Assembly (NCBI GenBank): GCA_965204685.1
Contig: OZ242004.1
Span: forward strand, 79,091 to 143,090
DNA length: 64,000 bases
Direction: 5' to 3'
Source of the DNA: Dehalococcoidia bacterium
GTDB lineage: Bacteria; Chloroflexota; Dehalococcoidia; Lucifugimonadales; UBA3495
Below the pieces are notes generated by a model. That model was not told the origin of the DNA. It ran no database searches and worked only from the letters and a program-made list of their open reading frames with translations. This document shows, in pieces, positions 7,611 through 16,433 of the stretch (within the stretch, counting starts at the first letter, position 1; each line of letters starts with the position of its first letter). The translations under genes and the position numbers were made by a program.

Positions 7611-10225
7611 CTAATCGGCGTCATCGTCCAGGACCCGGATCACCACGTCGTTGGGGTATTCGCTGGAGTAGAGCCTCACATTCACCTCCAGGGGCACTCT
7701 CGTGTCGTCGATCTCCACGATGAGCGTCTCGTTGTTGGTGTCCGCGTCCTGTTCGGTGGGGATGTCGCCCGTTGCGCTGGTCTGCCCTGCGGCAATGGTG
7801 ACCTCATAACCGGTCGCGGTACCGTGGTTGAACGCCGCTTTCAGCGGGATCGTCACATCCTTGTTCAGCGCCGCCGTGAGCCACACCGCAACCGTCGCAG
7901 ACTCTCCCTCGGCCACCGTTTTCTTCGCCGTCGTCAGCCACACCGTCGGGATGTCGGCGGGCGCGATGGTCATCAGCAGAGACTTCCGCGTGCCCTGCTG
8001 CACTACCGCCGGCAGGTTGCCGAGACTCACCCTGAAACGCTCGTAGTCGGGGTCGGCATCCTTACGAGTGGTGATGGTCCCGGTGCCGCTGGTTGCGCCG
8101 GCGGCGATCCGGATGCTCGAAAGCGTGCCGTAGTCGTCGCTGCCGGTTCCCCATTCCGGCGTGAGGGTCAGCGGGATGGTCACGTCGCCGGGCAACGCCG
8201 CCGAGAGTTTCGCCTTGATGGTCACGCTCTCCCCCGCCATCACCCAGCCCGACGAGGCCGACAGATTCACCGTCGGGGTGTCGTCGTCGTCGATGGTGAT
8301 GCTCGCCGAGGTCGTCCCGCCGGCCAGCAGGGTTTCCGGCAGGTTCGCCGTGTCGATGGCCACCGTGAAGGTCTCGTCGTCGGTGTCGTCGTCCTGGCGG
8401 GTTGCGATGCGGCCCGTGCCGCTGACGCTGCCCCGGGAAACCCGGATGCCCGTGAGCGTCCCCAGGTCCCCGGCCTCCGCCGTGCCGGTGGTCACCGTAA
8501 TCGGAACGGCCACCGATCGCGACGCCGCCCTGGAGAGGGTTGCCGTGACCGTCACGGTCCCGCCCTCCGCCACCGGGTTGGGCGAAGCCGACAGCGACAC
8601 CCTGGCGTCGTCGTCAACGATGGTGATTTCCATCGAAGTCGTCGCGCCCTGTTTCACCGTGGCGGGCAGCGCGCCCAGGGCCACCGTGAAGGTTTCGTCG
8701 TCCGTGTCGTCGTCCTGGGCCGTGGTGACCACGCCGGTGGCGCTGGTCCGGCCGGCGGTGATCGTGATGCCCGCAAGCGCGCCGTAGTCGCCGGACTCCG
8801 CCGTGCCCCGCGTCAGTGTCAGCGGGACCGTCACGTCGCCGGTCAGCCGCCGGTTGAGCCGCGCCGTGACCGTCACGCTGCGGCCCTCCGCCACCTGGGT
8901 CGGGGAGGCCGACAGCGTCACACCCGCGTCGTCGTCGGTGATGGTGATCTGGACGGAGGACGGGCTGCCCGCGAGGAGGGTTCCCGGCAGGTTCGCCGTG
9001 TCCAGCGCCACCGTGAAGGTCTCGTCGTCCGTGTCGTCGTCCTGGGCCGTCGTGACCACGCCGGTGGCGCTGGTGCCGCCGGCCGTGATCGTGATCGATG
9101 CCAGCGAGCCGTAGTCACCGGAATCCGCCGTGCCGTCCGTCAGCGTCAGCGGGATCGTCACGTCGTTGGCCAGTGCCGCCGACAGTTTCGCCGTGACCGT
9201 CACGCTCTCCCCCTCCGCCACCCTGCGCGGCGAGGCCGACAGCGACACCCTCGGAGTGTCGTCGTCGTCGATGGTGATGTCCACCGAGGTCGTCGCGCCG
9301 GTAAGGAGGGTGTCCGGCAGGTTCGCCGTGTCCAGGGTCACCGTGAAGGTCTCGTCATCGGTGTCGGCGTCCTGGCGGGTTGCGATGCTCGCCGTCCCGC
9401 TGACTCTGCCCCTGGCGACCCGGATGCCCGTGAGAGCGCTCAGGTCCCCCGCCTCCGCCGTGCCGGTGGTCACCGTAACCGGGACCGTTACCGCACGCGA
9501 CGCGGGCCTGGAGAGCGTCGCCGTGATCGTCACGCTGCGACCCTCCACCACCGGGTTCGGCGAGGCCGATAGCGACACCCTGGCGTCGTCGTCGGTGATG
9601 GTGATCTCCACCGTCCTCGTCGTGCCCTCCTTCACCCCGGCGGGCAGAGCGCCCAGCGACACCGTGAAGGTCTCGTCGTCTGTGCCGGCGTCCTGCGCCG
9701 TGGTGATCTCGCCGGTAGCGCTGCCGCGGCGGGCCGGGATCGTGATCGACGCCAGCGAACCGTGGTCGCCGGACTCCGCCGTGCCGTCCGACAGCGTCAG
9801 CGGAACCGCCACGGCGCCGGGCAGCGTCCGGTTGAGCCGCGCCGTGACCGTCACGCTGTGGCCCTCCAACACCGGGTTCGGGGAGACCGACAGCGTCACC
9901 CTGGCGACGTCGTCATCGGCGATGGTGACCTCTACGGAGGACGTGCTGCCGGCCCCCACCCCGGCGGGCAGGGCGCCCAGGGCCACGGTGAAGGTTTCGT
10001 CGTCGCTGTCCGTGTCCTGGTTCGTTCGGATCCGGCCCGTGAACCGGAGCGAACCGGCTCGGATCGGGATGTTCGCCAGCGTCCCGTAGTCGCCGGCCTC
10101 CGCCGTCCCCGGCGTCAGAACAATCGGGATCACCGCGGCCTCCTCCACCGCCTCCGAGAGATCGATGGTCACGGTTACGGTCCCGCCCTCCGGGACCGGA
10201 TTGGGCGACACCGAGAGCGTGGCGG
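7611..10225 (-). repeat. array of 8 tandem ~108-aa Calx-beta units at the C-terminus, with a 3-unit higher-order period
   Basis: Units begin ATLSVSPNPV, RVTLSVSPNPV, RVSLSASPNPV, RVSLSASPRRV, VTLSASPTQV, RVSLSASPNPV, TVNLSASSGW and TVWLTTAKKT. Each ends ..DTDDETFTV....ITI.DDD. Units 2-4 resemble units 5-7 in order. Confidence 0.8.
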
Positions 10226-13200
10226 TGGCCACCGCCGCCACCGTGACGGCGACGTCGGCGACGCTCAGAGACGAGTAGGCCGAACCGCCGCCGCTGATCG
10301 CGTGGGTGATGGTCGCGCTGCCCTCCGCCACGCCGGTCACCGTGACCGTCTGCGCCTGTTGATAGTTGCCAGGCGTGAAGGTCAGCGCGCCGGATACGGT
10401 GGCCTTGTCGGTGTCGCCGCTGGTCGGGGTGATCGTCACGTTGGATGACGGCGTCGCCCCCCTCAGCACGATGGTGTATTCGGCCGCCTCGCCCGGCTTG
10501 ACCGGCAACGCGGTCGTGCTCACCGCCACGGCGCCGTCATCGTCGGTGATGGTCAGCGTGGCGCGGGAACCGTTGGGGTCCCGCTGGTAGTGGTCGCCCA
10601 GGTCGTTGACCGGAGTGTCGGCCGCGGCGATGCGCAGCTGGATGGTCTCGTCGCCCTCCGCGTCGGTGTCCCCGGTGATCGTAATGGTCACGTTCTCCGT
10701 CAGGTCGCCGTCCGACGGGCCAAAGGTCACCGACTTGGTGGCGATGCTGTAGTCGGAGCCCTCCGTTGCCGTCGCGCCGCTGCTCACCACCTCGATGTTG
10801 AACGTCGTGGACGACTTGGGCCGGGCGGTGATGGTGACCGGCACGGTCAGCGTGCCGGCGCCCTCGCCCACCGAGGCCGTGTGGACCGCCGTGGTGCCTG
10901 CGGCGCTGCCGAAGGCGATCTTCGCGTCCGCCGCGTCCGGGTCGGTGATGGTCACCCGGGCGCAGACATCGTTCTGGGCGCAGGTCCTGGATGCCGCCGG
11001 GTGGCTCGGGCGGTTGCCCTCCGCCGGCTCCCATCCCGTCTCGGTGGTCGAGATCACGACGTAGTAATGCTCGTCGCCCTCGACCAGGTCGTCCTCCGCG
11101 ATGGGATCGCTCAGCGTGGCCGTGCGCTCCCCGACCGTAACGGTCAAGGTGCTCGGCGGCGACGCGCCCAGATCGGTGGACACGTCGGCCAGGGCGTCAT
11201 CCTGACTATGCGCGAAGGCGTCGCCCTGGAGTTTCTCCTCGTTGTGCCGGCGGCTGCGGTCCACGGTAAAGTTGGGGTTGTCCGTTGACGGCGCCCTGGC
11301 GCCCAGGGTGACCGTCAACTCGGCAGTCTCGCCCTCGGCGGCCGTCGCAACCGGAGAGATCCGGTAGCTGTTCTCCGGCTCGCTCACCGTCACCTTCACC
11401 CGGCCGAGTACCGACGACGACAGGCTGTACCTGGCGTCGGTCGATGTGGACGTATGGGTAATCGTCGCCGTGCCCGCGGCCACGGCGGTGACCGTCACCT
11501 CCTGCGGTTCCGCATAGTTCTCGGGGGTGAAGGTCAACGCGCCGGACACGGTCGCCTTGTCGGTGGCGCTGCTGGCGGGGGTGACCGTCACGTTGGCGGT
11601 CGGGGCGGTGTCGCCGCTCAGTGCGACCGTGTAGGTCGCCGTGTCGGTGGCGAGCAGGCCGTCGAGCGCGGTCTCGCTCAGAATAATGCCCGTGCCGGCA
11701 TCCCTGAGGTACAGGTTAAGGGTATTGCTGGTCCTGGTCACACCTTTGCGGCTCGCATTGGCGTGCACGGACAGCCGCTCCTGGGTGGCTTCCACCGTGT
11801 TGTCGCGACGGATGGACAGATAACCCGTCGCTTCCGTCTGACCCTCTCGAATGGTGAACGCTGACGGCAGGGTCACGTCGTTCGGGCAGGCATATCCTAC
11901 GGTAAGATCATGCCGATTTCCTTCGCAGTAAGGTCTGAACACCATTTCGCCTTTTAGATACAGGTCGGTCGGAGCGCGTTTCACCTCGACCGTCCAGCCG
12001 CCCGGCCCCACCGGGATGTCCGCCGTGACCGTCATCTCCAGCCGGCCGCCCTCGTAGGCGGGGAACACGCCGCCCGGTAGGGAAGCAACGTTCGTCTTCA
12101 GCGTCACCGTTGACACCGCGTCCTCGCTGGTGAGGGTGAGGGTGGACGCGGAACCGTCCGCGTGCCGGACGTAGTGGTCGCCAAGGTCGTCCTTCGGATT
12201 GTCCGACCTGACGATGCGCAGCTGGATGGTCTCGTCGTCCTCCTCCACGTTGTCGTCCGCGATGTTGACGGTCAGGTCCATGGATTTGTCGCCCGTACTG
12301 GTGAACGTCACCTCCTTGGAGACGAAGTCGTAGTCCTTGGGGTTGCCCGCGGCGTTGTTGGCGTCGTCGCTGTCCCGGGCCGTGGTGCCGGAGGACAGCA
12401 CCTCCACGGCGAAGGTGGTGGAACTCTCCGGCAGGTGGCTGATGGTGATGGGCACGGTCAGCGTGCCGTCGCCCTCCGCGCCGGATTTCGTGTGTTTCGT
12501 GGTTGACGCCGCGCTGGGGCCGATGGCGATCTTCGCGTCGGGCCGCTCGTCGTCCTTGATGGTCACCTCGGCCAGCTTGCCCTGGGCGTGGCGCGCGTAC
12601 TTGCTGAAAAAGCCGTCGCCCGAGGCGATTTCCAGCTCGATGGTCTGGTCTTCCTCCACCAGCATGTCGTTGGTCAGCGTGATGGTCAGGTTCTGGGTCA
12701 GGGCGCTGGCACTGTTGAAGGTGAACGTCTCCGCCGAGAGGCTGTAGTCCGTGTCCTTCGTGGCCGTCCCGCTCACCGAGACCGTGAAGTCGGATTCCTC
12801 CTCGGGCAGGGCGCTGACGGTGATGGGGACGGTCAGCGTGCCGGCCGTCTCCAACGGCGACTCCGTAATTTTGGCGGTCGCGCTCGCGTTGGGGCCGAAG
12901 GCGATCTTGGCCTGGGGCGCCTCATCGTCCACGATGGTCACCCGGGCCTGCGAACCGTCCGCGTGCCGGGCGTAGTAGTCGCCCAGGTCGTTGGGAGCAG
13001 CGTCGGCCGCGACGATGCGCAACTCGATGGTCTGGTCATCCTCCACCAGGCTGTCGTTGTTGAAGGCGATGGCCACGTCCCGGTACTTGCTGCCGGTGCG
13101 GCCGAAGGTCACCGGCTTGTCGGCGATGTGGAAGTCGCCCGAGCCCATGGCGCTGGCTTGTTCCGAGGCGGTGCCGGCGCCGGCCCCACTGGTCACCGTC

Positions 13201-15683
13201 TCGACCGTGAAGGTCGTGTCGGCGTCCGGCAGGTGGCTGACGGTGACCCGCACGGTGGCGGAGGCCGTTTCATTGTGGCTGCGCGTGTACTTCGCGGTTC
13301 CCGCGGCGTCGGTCCCGAAGGCGATCTTGGCAACGTCCACCTCGTCGTCCTCGATGGTCAGCGTGGCCGTGGAGGACGACGCATTGCGCGCGTAGTGACC
13401 GCCCAGGTCGCCGGAGGACGGGTGCTCGAAGCCATTGACGCGGAGAAGTATGTTATTGGCGTAATTACTCCACCAAGTCCCGGTCGGTTGATTGCTGTTG
13501 ACCCAGCGGGGTACATCCGCGATCGACCAGCCGGGTTGTCCGCCGGTGTCCTCCGCCTGGCTCGACGTCACGCTTATTTGCGCATTGTAGCTGCCCACCG
13601 TGTACAGGACTAAGTGATAGGTCGTGTTCGCCGACAGCACGACGCTCGACGGCGCCGCGAACGACACGATGCCCGGCGACCAGGTCGCCGGGACCGTCAG
13701 GTCCGCCAACTTCGAACTCGGCTGGTTGGAAGCGTCCGACCACAGCTCCGCCCGGAAGGTTGCGGCCTGGGCGGCGTTCGCCCCGCTTTGCAGATTCGCT
13801 TCGATGCTGGTCAGGGTGAATCCCGTGGCCCCGTTTCCCGTGGTGAAACCCTGGGTGAAAACCTGCCCGACGGTGGTGACAAGAAAAACCGTTGTACCGT
13901 GGAAGTTGCCCACCAGATGTTGCGTCGGCCTCGCCTTGATCTTCAGCTTGATCGTCTCGTCGTTCTCGACGAAGGCGTCGTTGGTGAGCGCGACGCTCAC
14001 GTTCTTGGTCAGGTTGCCGGTGTTGCCGAAGGTAACCGACTTCGTTCCGATGCGGTAGTCCTGGGTCTCCGTCGCCGTCGCGCCGCTGCTGACCACCTCG
14101 ACGTCGAATCGCGCACTCGACTGGGGCAGCGCGCTGATGGTGACCGGCACGGTCAGCGTACCGCCCGTGACGTCCTCATCCGCGGAAGCGGTGTAGGCCG
14201 CCGTCGCCGCCGCGTTGCTGCCGAAGGCGATCCTGGCGTTGGCCGCCTCGTCGTCGATGATCGTAATGGTGGCAACGTTGGCGCCGGTCGAGGCCGGGTT
14301 CCACCCGGAGGCGGTGGTGCTGATGGTGACCGTGAAGGTCTCCGCGCCCTCCACCAGGGCGTCCTGGGCGATGGGCACCGTCAGCGTCGCGGTGGTGGCG
14401 TTCTGGGCCACCGTAACCGTCGAGGGCGTCGTGCCCGTGTCGGCGGCGGTCGCCGTGCTGCTGCCCGAGTAGCCGTAGTTCACGTTGACGGTGTGGCCGG
14501 CCGTGTCCGTGGGCGCTCGGCCCAGGGTCACGGTCAGCTCGGCGTTCCCGCCCTCGCTGGCCTGTGCGGTCTGGGTAATCCGGAGGGTCTTGGTGGATGC
14601 GCTCACCGTCACGCCCACCTGGCTGATGGACATGGACGTGGGATACTTCGCGTCCGAGCCGCCGGTCACCGCGTGGGTGACGTTCAGCGTACCCGTTCCT
14701 CTGCCGGTGACGGTGACCGTCTGCGGCGTATTCCAGTTGCCGCTGGACCCGCCGGTGAAGCTCATCGCGCCCGACACCGTGGCCTTGCCGGTATCGCTGC
14801 TCGTGGGCGTGATGGTCACGGTGGACGTCGGCTGCGTGTCCAGCTTGACGGTGTAGGTGGTGGTTTCGCCCACCTCCACCGTGCGCGTGGACTGGCTGAC
14901 GGTAACGCCGGCGTCGTCGTTGTCCTTGATGGTCAGGGACAATCTACCCGAAGCGCCGCCCGCTTCGATATGCTTGGTAGCGCTGGTACTGAGGACCAGC
15001 GTTTCATCATCCTCGTCCACATCGTCATCCACGATGCTGAGGGACGTCGTCCCGGCAGTGTCGCCCGAGGCGATGGTGATACTACCTATTGAACCTATGT
15101 CACTACTGGCGGCGGTCGAATTACTCGCTCTCGCCACCGTCACCGTCACGCCGTCCTGGTCCGCCGCCGCGCTCAGCGTGGCGGTCAGCGTCAGCGCCGC
15201 GTCCCCCTCAGTCACCATGCCGTTGGAGGCGTCGCTGGTCAGCGTGATCGTCGGCAGCGGCGTGAAGAAATTGCCGTTTCCTGCGTGTTTCCAGCCGCCG
15301 TCGCCATCGTTGTTCGTCGCGCGCACCCGCACCCGGTACTGCTCGTCGTTGGTCAGGCCGGTGATGGACGCCGAGGTCGTCGTGCCGCTATGGGAGGCGT
15401 CCACCCACTCCATGTCCACGTCGCTGCCGACGGCGGCACTACCACCCACCGTTGCACTGGCCGTATAGTGCACGTCATAGCCGGTGGGCGTTCCGCCACT
15501 CGTTCTCGGCACCCACGTCACGTCCAGCTTCTGATGGCCCGGCTGAACTGTTACGCTCAGTAGCGTGTGGGGTGCCTGCGCCGCCGCCGGTGGCGCGTCG
15601 TGAAAGAAGAAGACGGCCAGCCCGGTCAGGACGGCGGCCATGAGCAGGGGCAGCGACCAAATGCTGCGGCGTCCGGTCAGCAT
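7611..15683 (-). CDS. giant (2690 aa) secreted Calx-beta / Ig-like repeat protein with N-terminal FN3
   Basis: Uninterrupted ORF. Signal-anchor is LPLLMAAVLTGLAVFFF. FN3 reads KLDVTWVP..YDVHY..YRVRVRATN. There are many Calx-beta-like units (..GTA..G.DY.....TF..G......V.I.DD...E.DETI.L) and Ig-like units (TYTV.L...PT..VT.TP.SS.TDKATVSGAL.FT). Stop is TAG at 7611. Confidence 0.9.
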   Translation of the reverse strand: MLTGRRSIWSLPLLMAAVLTGLAVFFFHDAPPAAAQAPHTLLSVTVQPGHQKLDVTWVPRTSGGTPTGYDVHYTASATVGGSAAVGSDVDMEWVDASHSGTTTSASITGLTNDEQYRVRVRATNNDGDGGWKHAGNGNFFTPLPTITLTSDASNGMVTEGDAALTLTATLSAAADQDGVTVTVARASNSTAASSDIGSIGSITIASGDTAGTTSLSIVDDDVDEDDETLVLSTSATKHIEAGGASGRLSLTIKDNDDAGVTVSQSTRTVEVGETTTYTVKLDTQPTSTVTITPTSSDTGKATVSGAMSFTGGSSGNWNTPQTVTVTGRGTGTLNVTHAVTGGSDAKYPTSMSISQVGVTVSASTKTLRITQTAQASEGGNAELTVTLGRAPTDTAGHTVNVNYGYSGSSTATAADTGTTPSTVTVAQNATTATLTVPIAQDALVEGAETFTVTISTTASGWNPASTGANVATITIIDDEAANARIAFGSNAAATAAYTASADEDVTGGTLTVPVTISALPQSSARFDVEVVSSGATATETQDYRIGTKSVTFGNTGNLTKNVSVALTNDAFVENDETIKLKIKARPTQHLVGNFHGTTVFLVTTVGQVFTQGFTTGNGATGFTLTSIEANLQSGANAAQAATFRAELWSDASNQPSSKLADLTVPATWSPGIVSFAAPSSVVLSANTTYHLVLYTVGSYNAQISVTSSQAEDTGGQPGWSIADVPRWVNSNQPTGTWWSNYANNILLRVNGFEHPSSGDLGGHYARNASSSTATLTIEDDEVDVAKIAFGTDAAGTAKYTRSHNETASATVRVTVSHLPDADTTFTVETVTSGAGAGTASEQASAMGSGDFHIADKPVTFGRTGSKYRDVAIAFNNDSLVEDDQTIELRIVAADAAPNDLGDYYARHADGSQARVTIVDDEAPQAKIAFGPNASATAKITESPLETAGTLTVPITVSALPEEESDFTVSVSGTATKDTDYSLSAETFTFNSASALTQNLTITLTNDMLVEEDQTIELEIASGDGFFSKYARHAQGKLAEVTIKDDERPDAKIAIGPSAASTTKHTKSGAEGDGTLTVPITISHLPESSTTFAVEVLSSGTTARDSDDANNAAGNPKDYDFVSKEVTFTSTGDKSMDLTVNIADDNVEEDDETIQLRIVRSDNPKDDLGDHYVRHADGSASTLTLTSEDAVSTVTLKTNVASLPGGVFPAYEGGRLEMTVTADIPVGPGGWTVEVKRAPTDLYLKGEMVFRPYCEGNRHDLTVGYACPNDVTLPSAFTIREGQTEATGYLSIRRDNTVEATQERLSVHANASRKGVTRTSNTLNLYLRDAGTGIILSETALDGLLATDTATYTVALSGDTAPTANVTVTPASSATDKATVSGALTFTPENYAEPQEVTVTAVAAGTATITHTSTSTDARYSLSSSVLGRVKVTVSEPENSYRISPVATAAEGETAELTVTLGARAPSTDNPNFTVDRSRRHNEEKLQGDAFAHSQDDALADVSTDLGASPPSTLTVTVGERTATLSDPIAEDDLVEGDEHYYVVISTTETGWEPAEGNRPSHPAASRTCAQNDVCARVTITDPDAADAKIAFGSAAGTTAVHTASVGEGAGTLTVPVTITARPKSSTTFNIEVVSSGATATEGSDYSIATKSVTFGPSDGDLTENVTITITGDTDAEGDETIQLRIAAADTPVNDLGDHYQRDPNGSRATLTITDDDGAVAVSTTALPVKPGEAAEYTIVLRGATPSSNVTITPTSGDTDKATVSGALTFTPGNYQQAQTVTVTGVAEGSATITHAISGGGSAYSSLSVADVAVTVAAVATATLSVSPNPVPEGGTVTVTIDLSEAVEEAAVIPIVLTPGTAEAGDYGTLANIPIRAGSLRFTGRIRTNQDTDSDDETFTVALGALPAGVGAGSTSSVEVTIADDDVARVTLSVSPNPVLEGHSVTVTARLNRTLPGAVAVPLTLSDGTAESGDHGSLASITIPARRGSATGEITTAQDAGTDDETFTVSLGALPAGVKEGTTRTVEITITDDDARVSLSASPNPVVEGRSVTITATLSRPASRAVTVPVTVTTGTAEAGDLSALTGIRVARGRVSGTASIATRQDADTDDETFTVTLDTANLPDTLLTGATTSVDITIDDDDTPRVSLSASPRRVAEGESVTVTAKLSAALANDVTIPLTLTDGTADSGDYGSLASITITAGGTSATGVVTTAQDDDTDDETFTVALDTANLPGTLLAGSPSSVQITITDDDAGVTLSASPTQVAEGRSVTVTARLNRRLTGDVTVPLTLTRGTAESGDYGALAGITITAGRTSATGVVTTAQDDDTDDETFTVALGALPATVKQGATTSMEITIVDDDARVSLSASPNPVAEGGTVTVTATLSRAASRSVAVPITVTTGTAEAGDLGTLTGIRVSRGSVSGTGRIATRQDDDTDDETFTVAIDTANLPETLLAGGTTSASITIDDDDTPTVNLSASSGWVMAGESVTIKAKLSAALPGDVTIPLTLTPEWGTGSDDYGTLSSIRIAAGATSGTGTITTRKDADPDYERFRVSLGNLPAVVQQGTRKSLLMTIAPADIPTVWLTTAKKTVAEGESATVAVWLTAALNKDVTIPLKAAFNHGTATGYEVTIAAGQTSATGDIPTEQDADTNNETLIVEIDDTRVPLEVNVRLYSSEYPNDVVIRVLDDDAD

Positions 15684-15689
15684 TTTGGA

Positions 15690-15708
15690 CCCCCCAAGTC
15701 GGGGGGGG
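15690..15708 (-). promoter_or_regulatory. C8/G6 hairpin in the 5' leader covering the presumptive Shine-Dalgarno of the Calx-beta gene
   Basis: mRNA sense reads CCCCCCCC-GACUU-GGGGGG-UCCAAA-AUG. The G-run is the only purine-rich element at SD distance (6 nt) from the AUG at 15683. Confidence 0.4.
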
Positions 15709-16117
15709 CTGACACAGGCAGGTATTTTCGCATCATGTTAATGAACCTCATTTTTCACAATAGACCCGGGTGACAGTCGCCAGTACGCGCGATGGCCTGC
15801 CGGCATGCAGATCCGAACAAAACAGTTGCAAACGGCGACCGCTTCGAACTGTCCGGAGAAGTTCGACATTTGCCGGAGCGGCAGGCCACCGCGGCGGAGG
15901 AGTTTCGCACCGCGTCCACGTGTGTGGTCTCCCCGCAGTCGTCGCATCGGAATTCCAGGTAGTGGCTCCAACTACTGACCAGTTGCATGGTTTGCCGTTG
16001 CATCCTTCTTTTTCGTATTTAGAGCCTTTCCTAATGACCAGGCGGCGCTGCTGTTGCTTTTGCCGACGGTTCGGGTCGGTCGCCGACTGACAGTTCCGGC
16101 GCAAAAAGCCGGGAAAC

Positions 16118-16197
16118 CTTACACCATAATCCGTATTTTAGTCCGTATTTTTAGATCTTCTTTTATATGGGTTCTTGTATGCTTGCGCTTGATCAAC
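16118..16197. promoter_or_regulatory. conserved AT-rich control block, copy 1
   Basis: CTTACACCATAATCCGTATTTTAGTCCGTATTTTTAGATC..TATATGGGTTCTTGTATGCTTGCG. Homologous blocks at 24974, 36105 and 59669. Lies 435 bp upstream of the start at 15683 and 62 bp upstream of the stub ORF. Confidence 0.5.
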
Positions 16198-16258
16198 CAT
16201 GAAGTCGGGCCCGGACCCGCAATGCAGTCGTTGCTGGGGATCCGGGTCGGAGAAAGGC

Positions 16259-16360
16259 ATGGGCCAGCCCTGCCGGGAGATCGGGGTCCTGCGGGAATGC
16301 CTGCCCCGCCTGAGCCGGGCCAGCCGGCGCATCAACTCAATCGCCGCCAATCTGGACTGA
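16259..16360 (+). CDS. 33-codon kinase-stub ORF (homolog of the N-terminus of 36255..38690)
   Basis: MGQPCREIGVLRECLPRLSRASRRINSIAANLD versus kinase MDQPEQPYREIQALQERLSRLSEASRRINESLD. G/C-rich third positions. It may be a relic rather than a gene. Confidence 0.35.
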   Translation: MGQPCREIGVLRECLPRLSRASRRINSIAANLD

Positions 16361-16362
16361 GA

Positions 16363-16390
16363 CGGGTGTCCAATCGCAGCCAGACGCCCG
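16363..16390. terminator. kinase-type hairpin after stub 1
   Basis: CGGGTGTC..GACGCCCG (one G-U pair), related to the hairpins at 164 and 38725. Lies between the stub stop and the stop of 16434..24863. Confidence 0.45.
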
Positions 16391-16433
16391 CCTAAATAAG
16401 TCCATGATTCGGAAGCTCCACCCGGCCTGCACC

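Noticed and set aside
6107-7624. 505-aa ORF antisense to the SWIM gene, and 36180..37412 antisense to the kinase.
   Set aside because: These are low-complexity shadow ORFs. The sense strands carry clear SWIM and GAF/PAS/HisKA signatures.
7611-10225. Regular ~325-bp and ~290-bp DNA periodicities in the giant genes, considered as possible CRISPR or satellite arrays.
   Set aside because: The repeats are long, in frame and translate to Calx-beta or Ig-like units. There is no short repeat/spacer architecture and there are no cas genes.
15755-16003. 82-aa minus-strand ORF with HYLEFRCDDCGETTHVD..ACRSGKC, reminiscent of an FmdB-type zinc ribbon, between control block 1 and the Calx-beta gene.
   Set aside because: The second Cys pair is CxxxxC rather than CPxCG. 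Twelve extra residues precede the motif. Third-position G+C is visibly lower than in confident genes. There is no properly spaced RBS. Kept only as a remote possibility.
16054-16395. ORF-track entries spanning the control blocks (16054..16395, 24863..25438, 35799..36179, 59516..59815).
   Set aside because: They run through the conserved AT-rich non-coding block and the hairpins in frames that are not conserved between the four copies. Their sequences are R-rich. Only the short kinase-homologous frame is shared.
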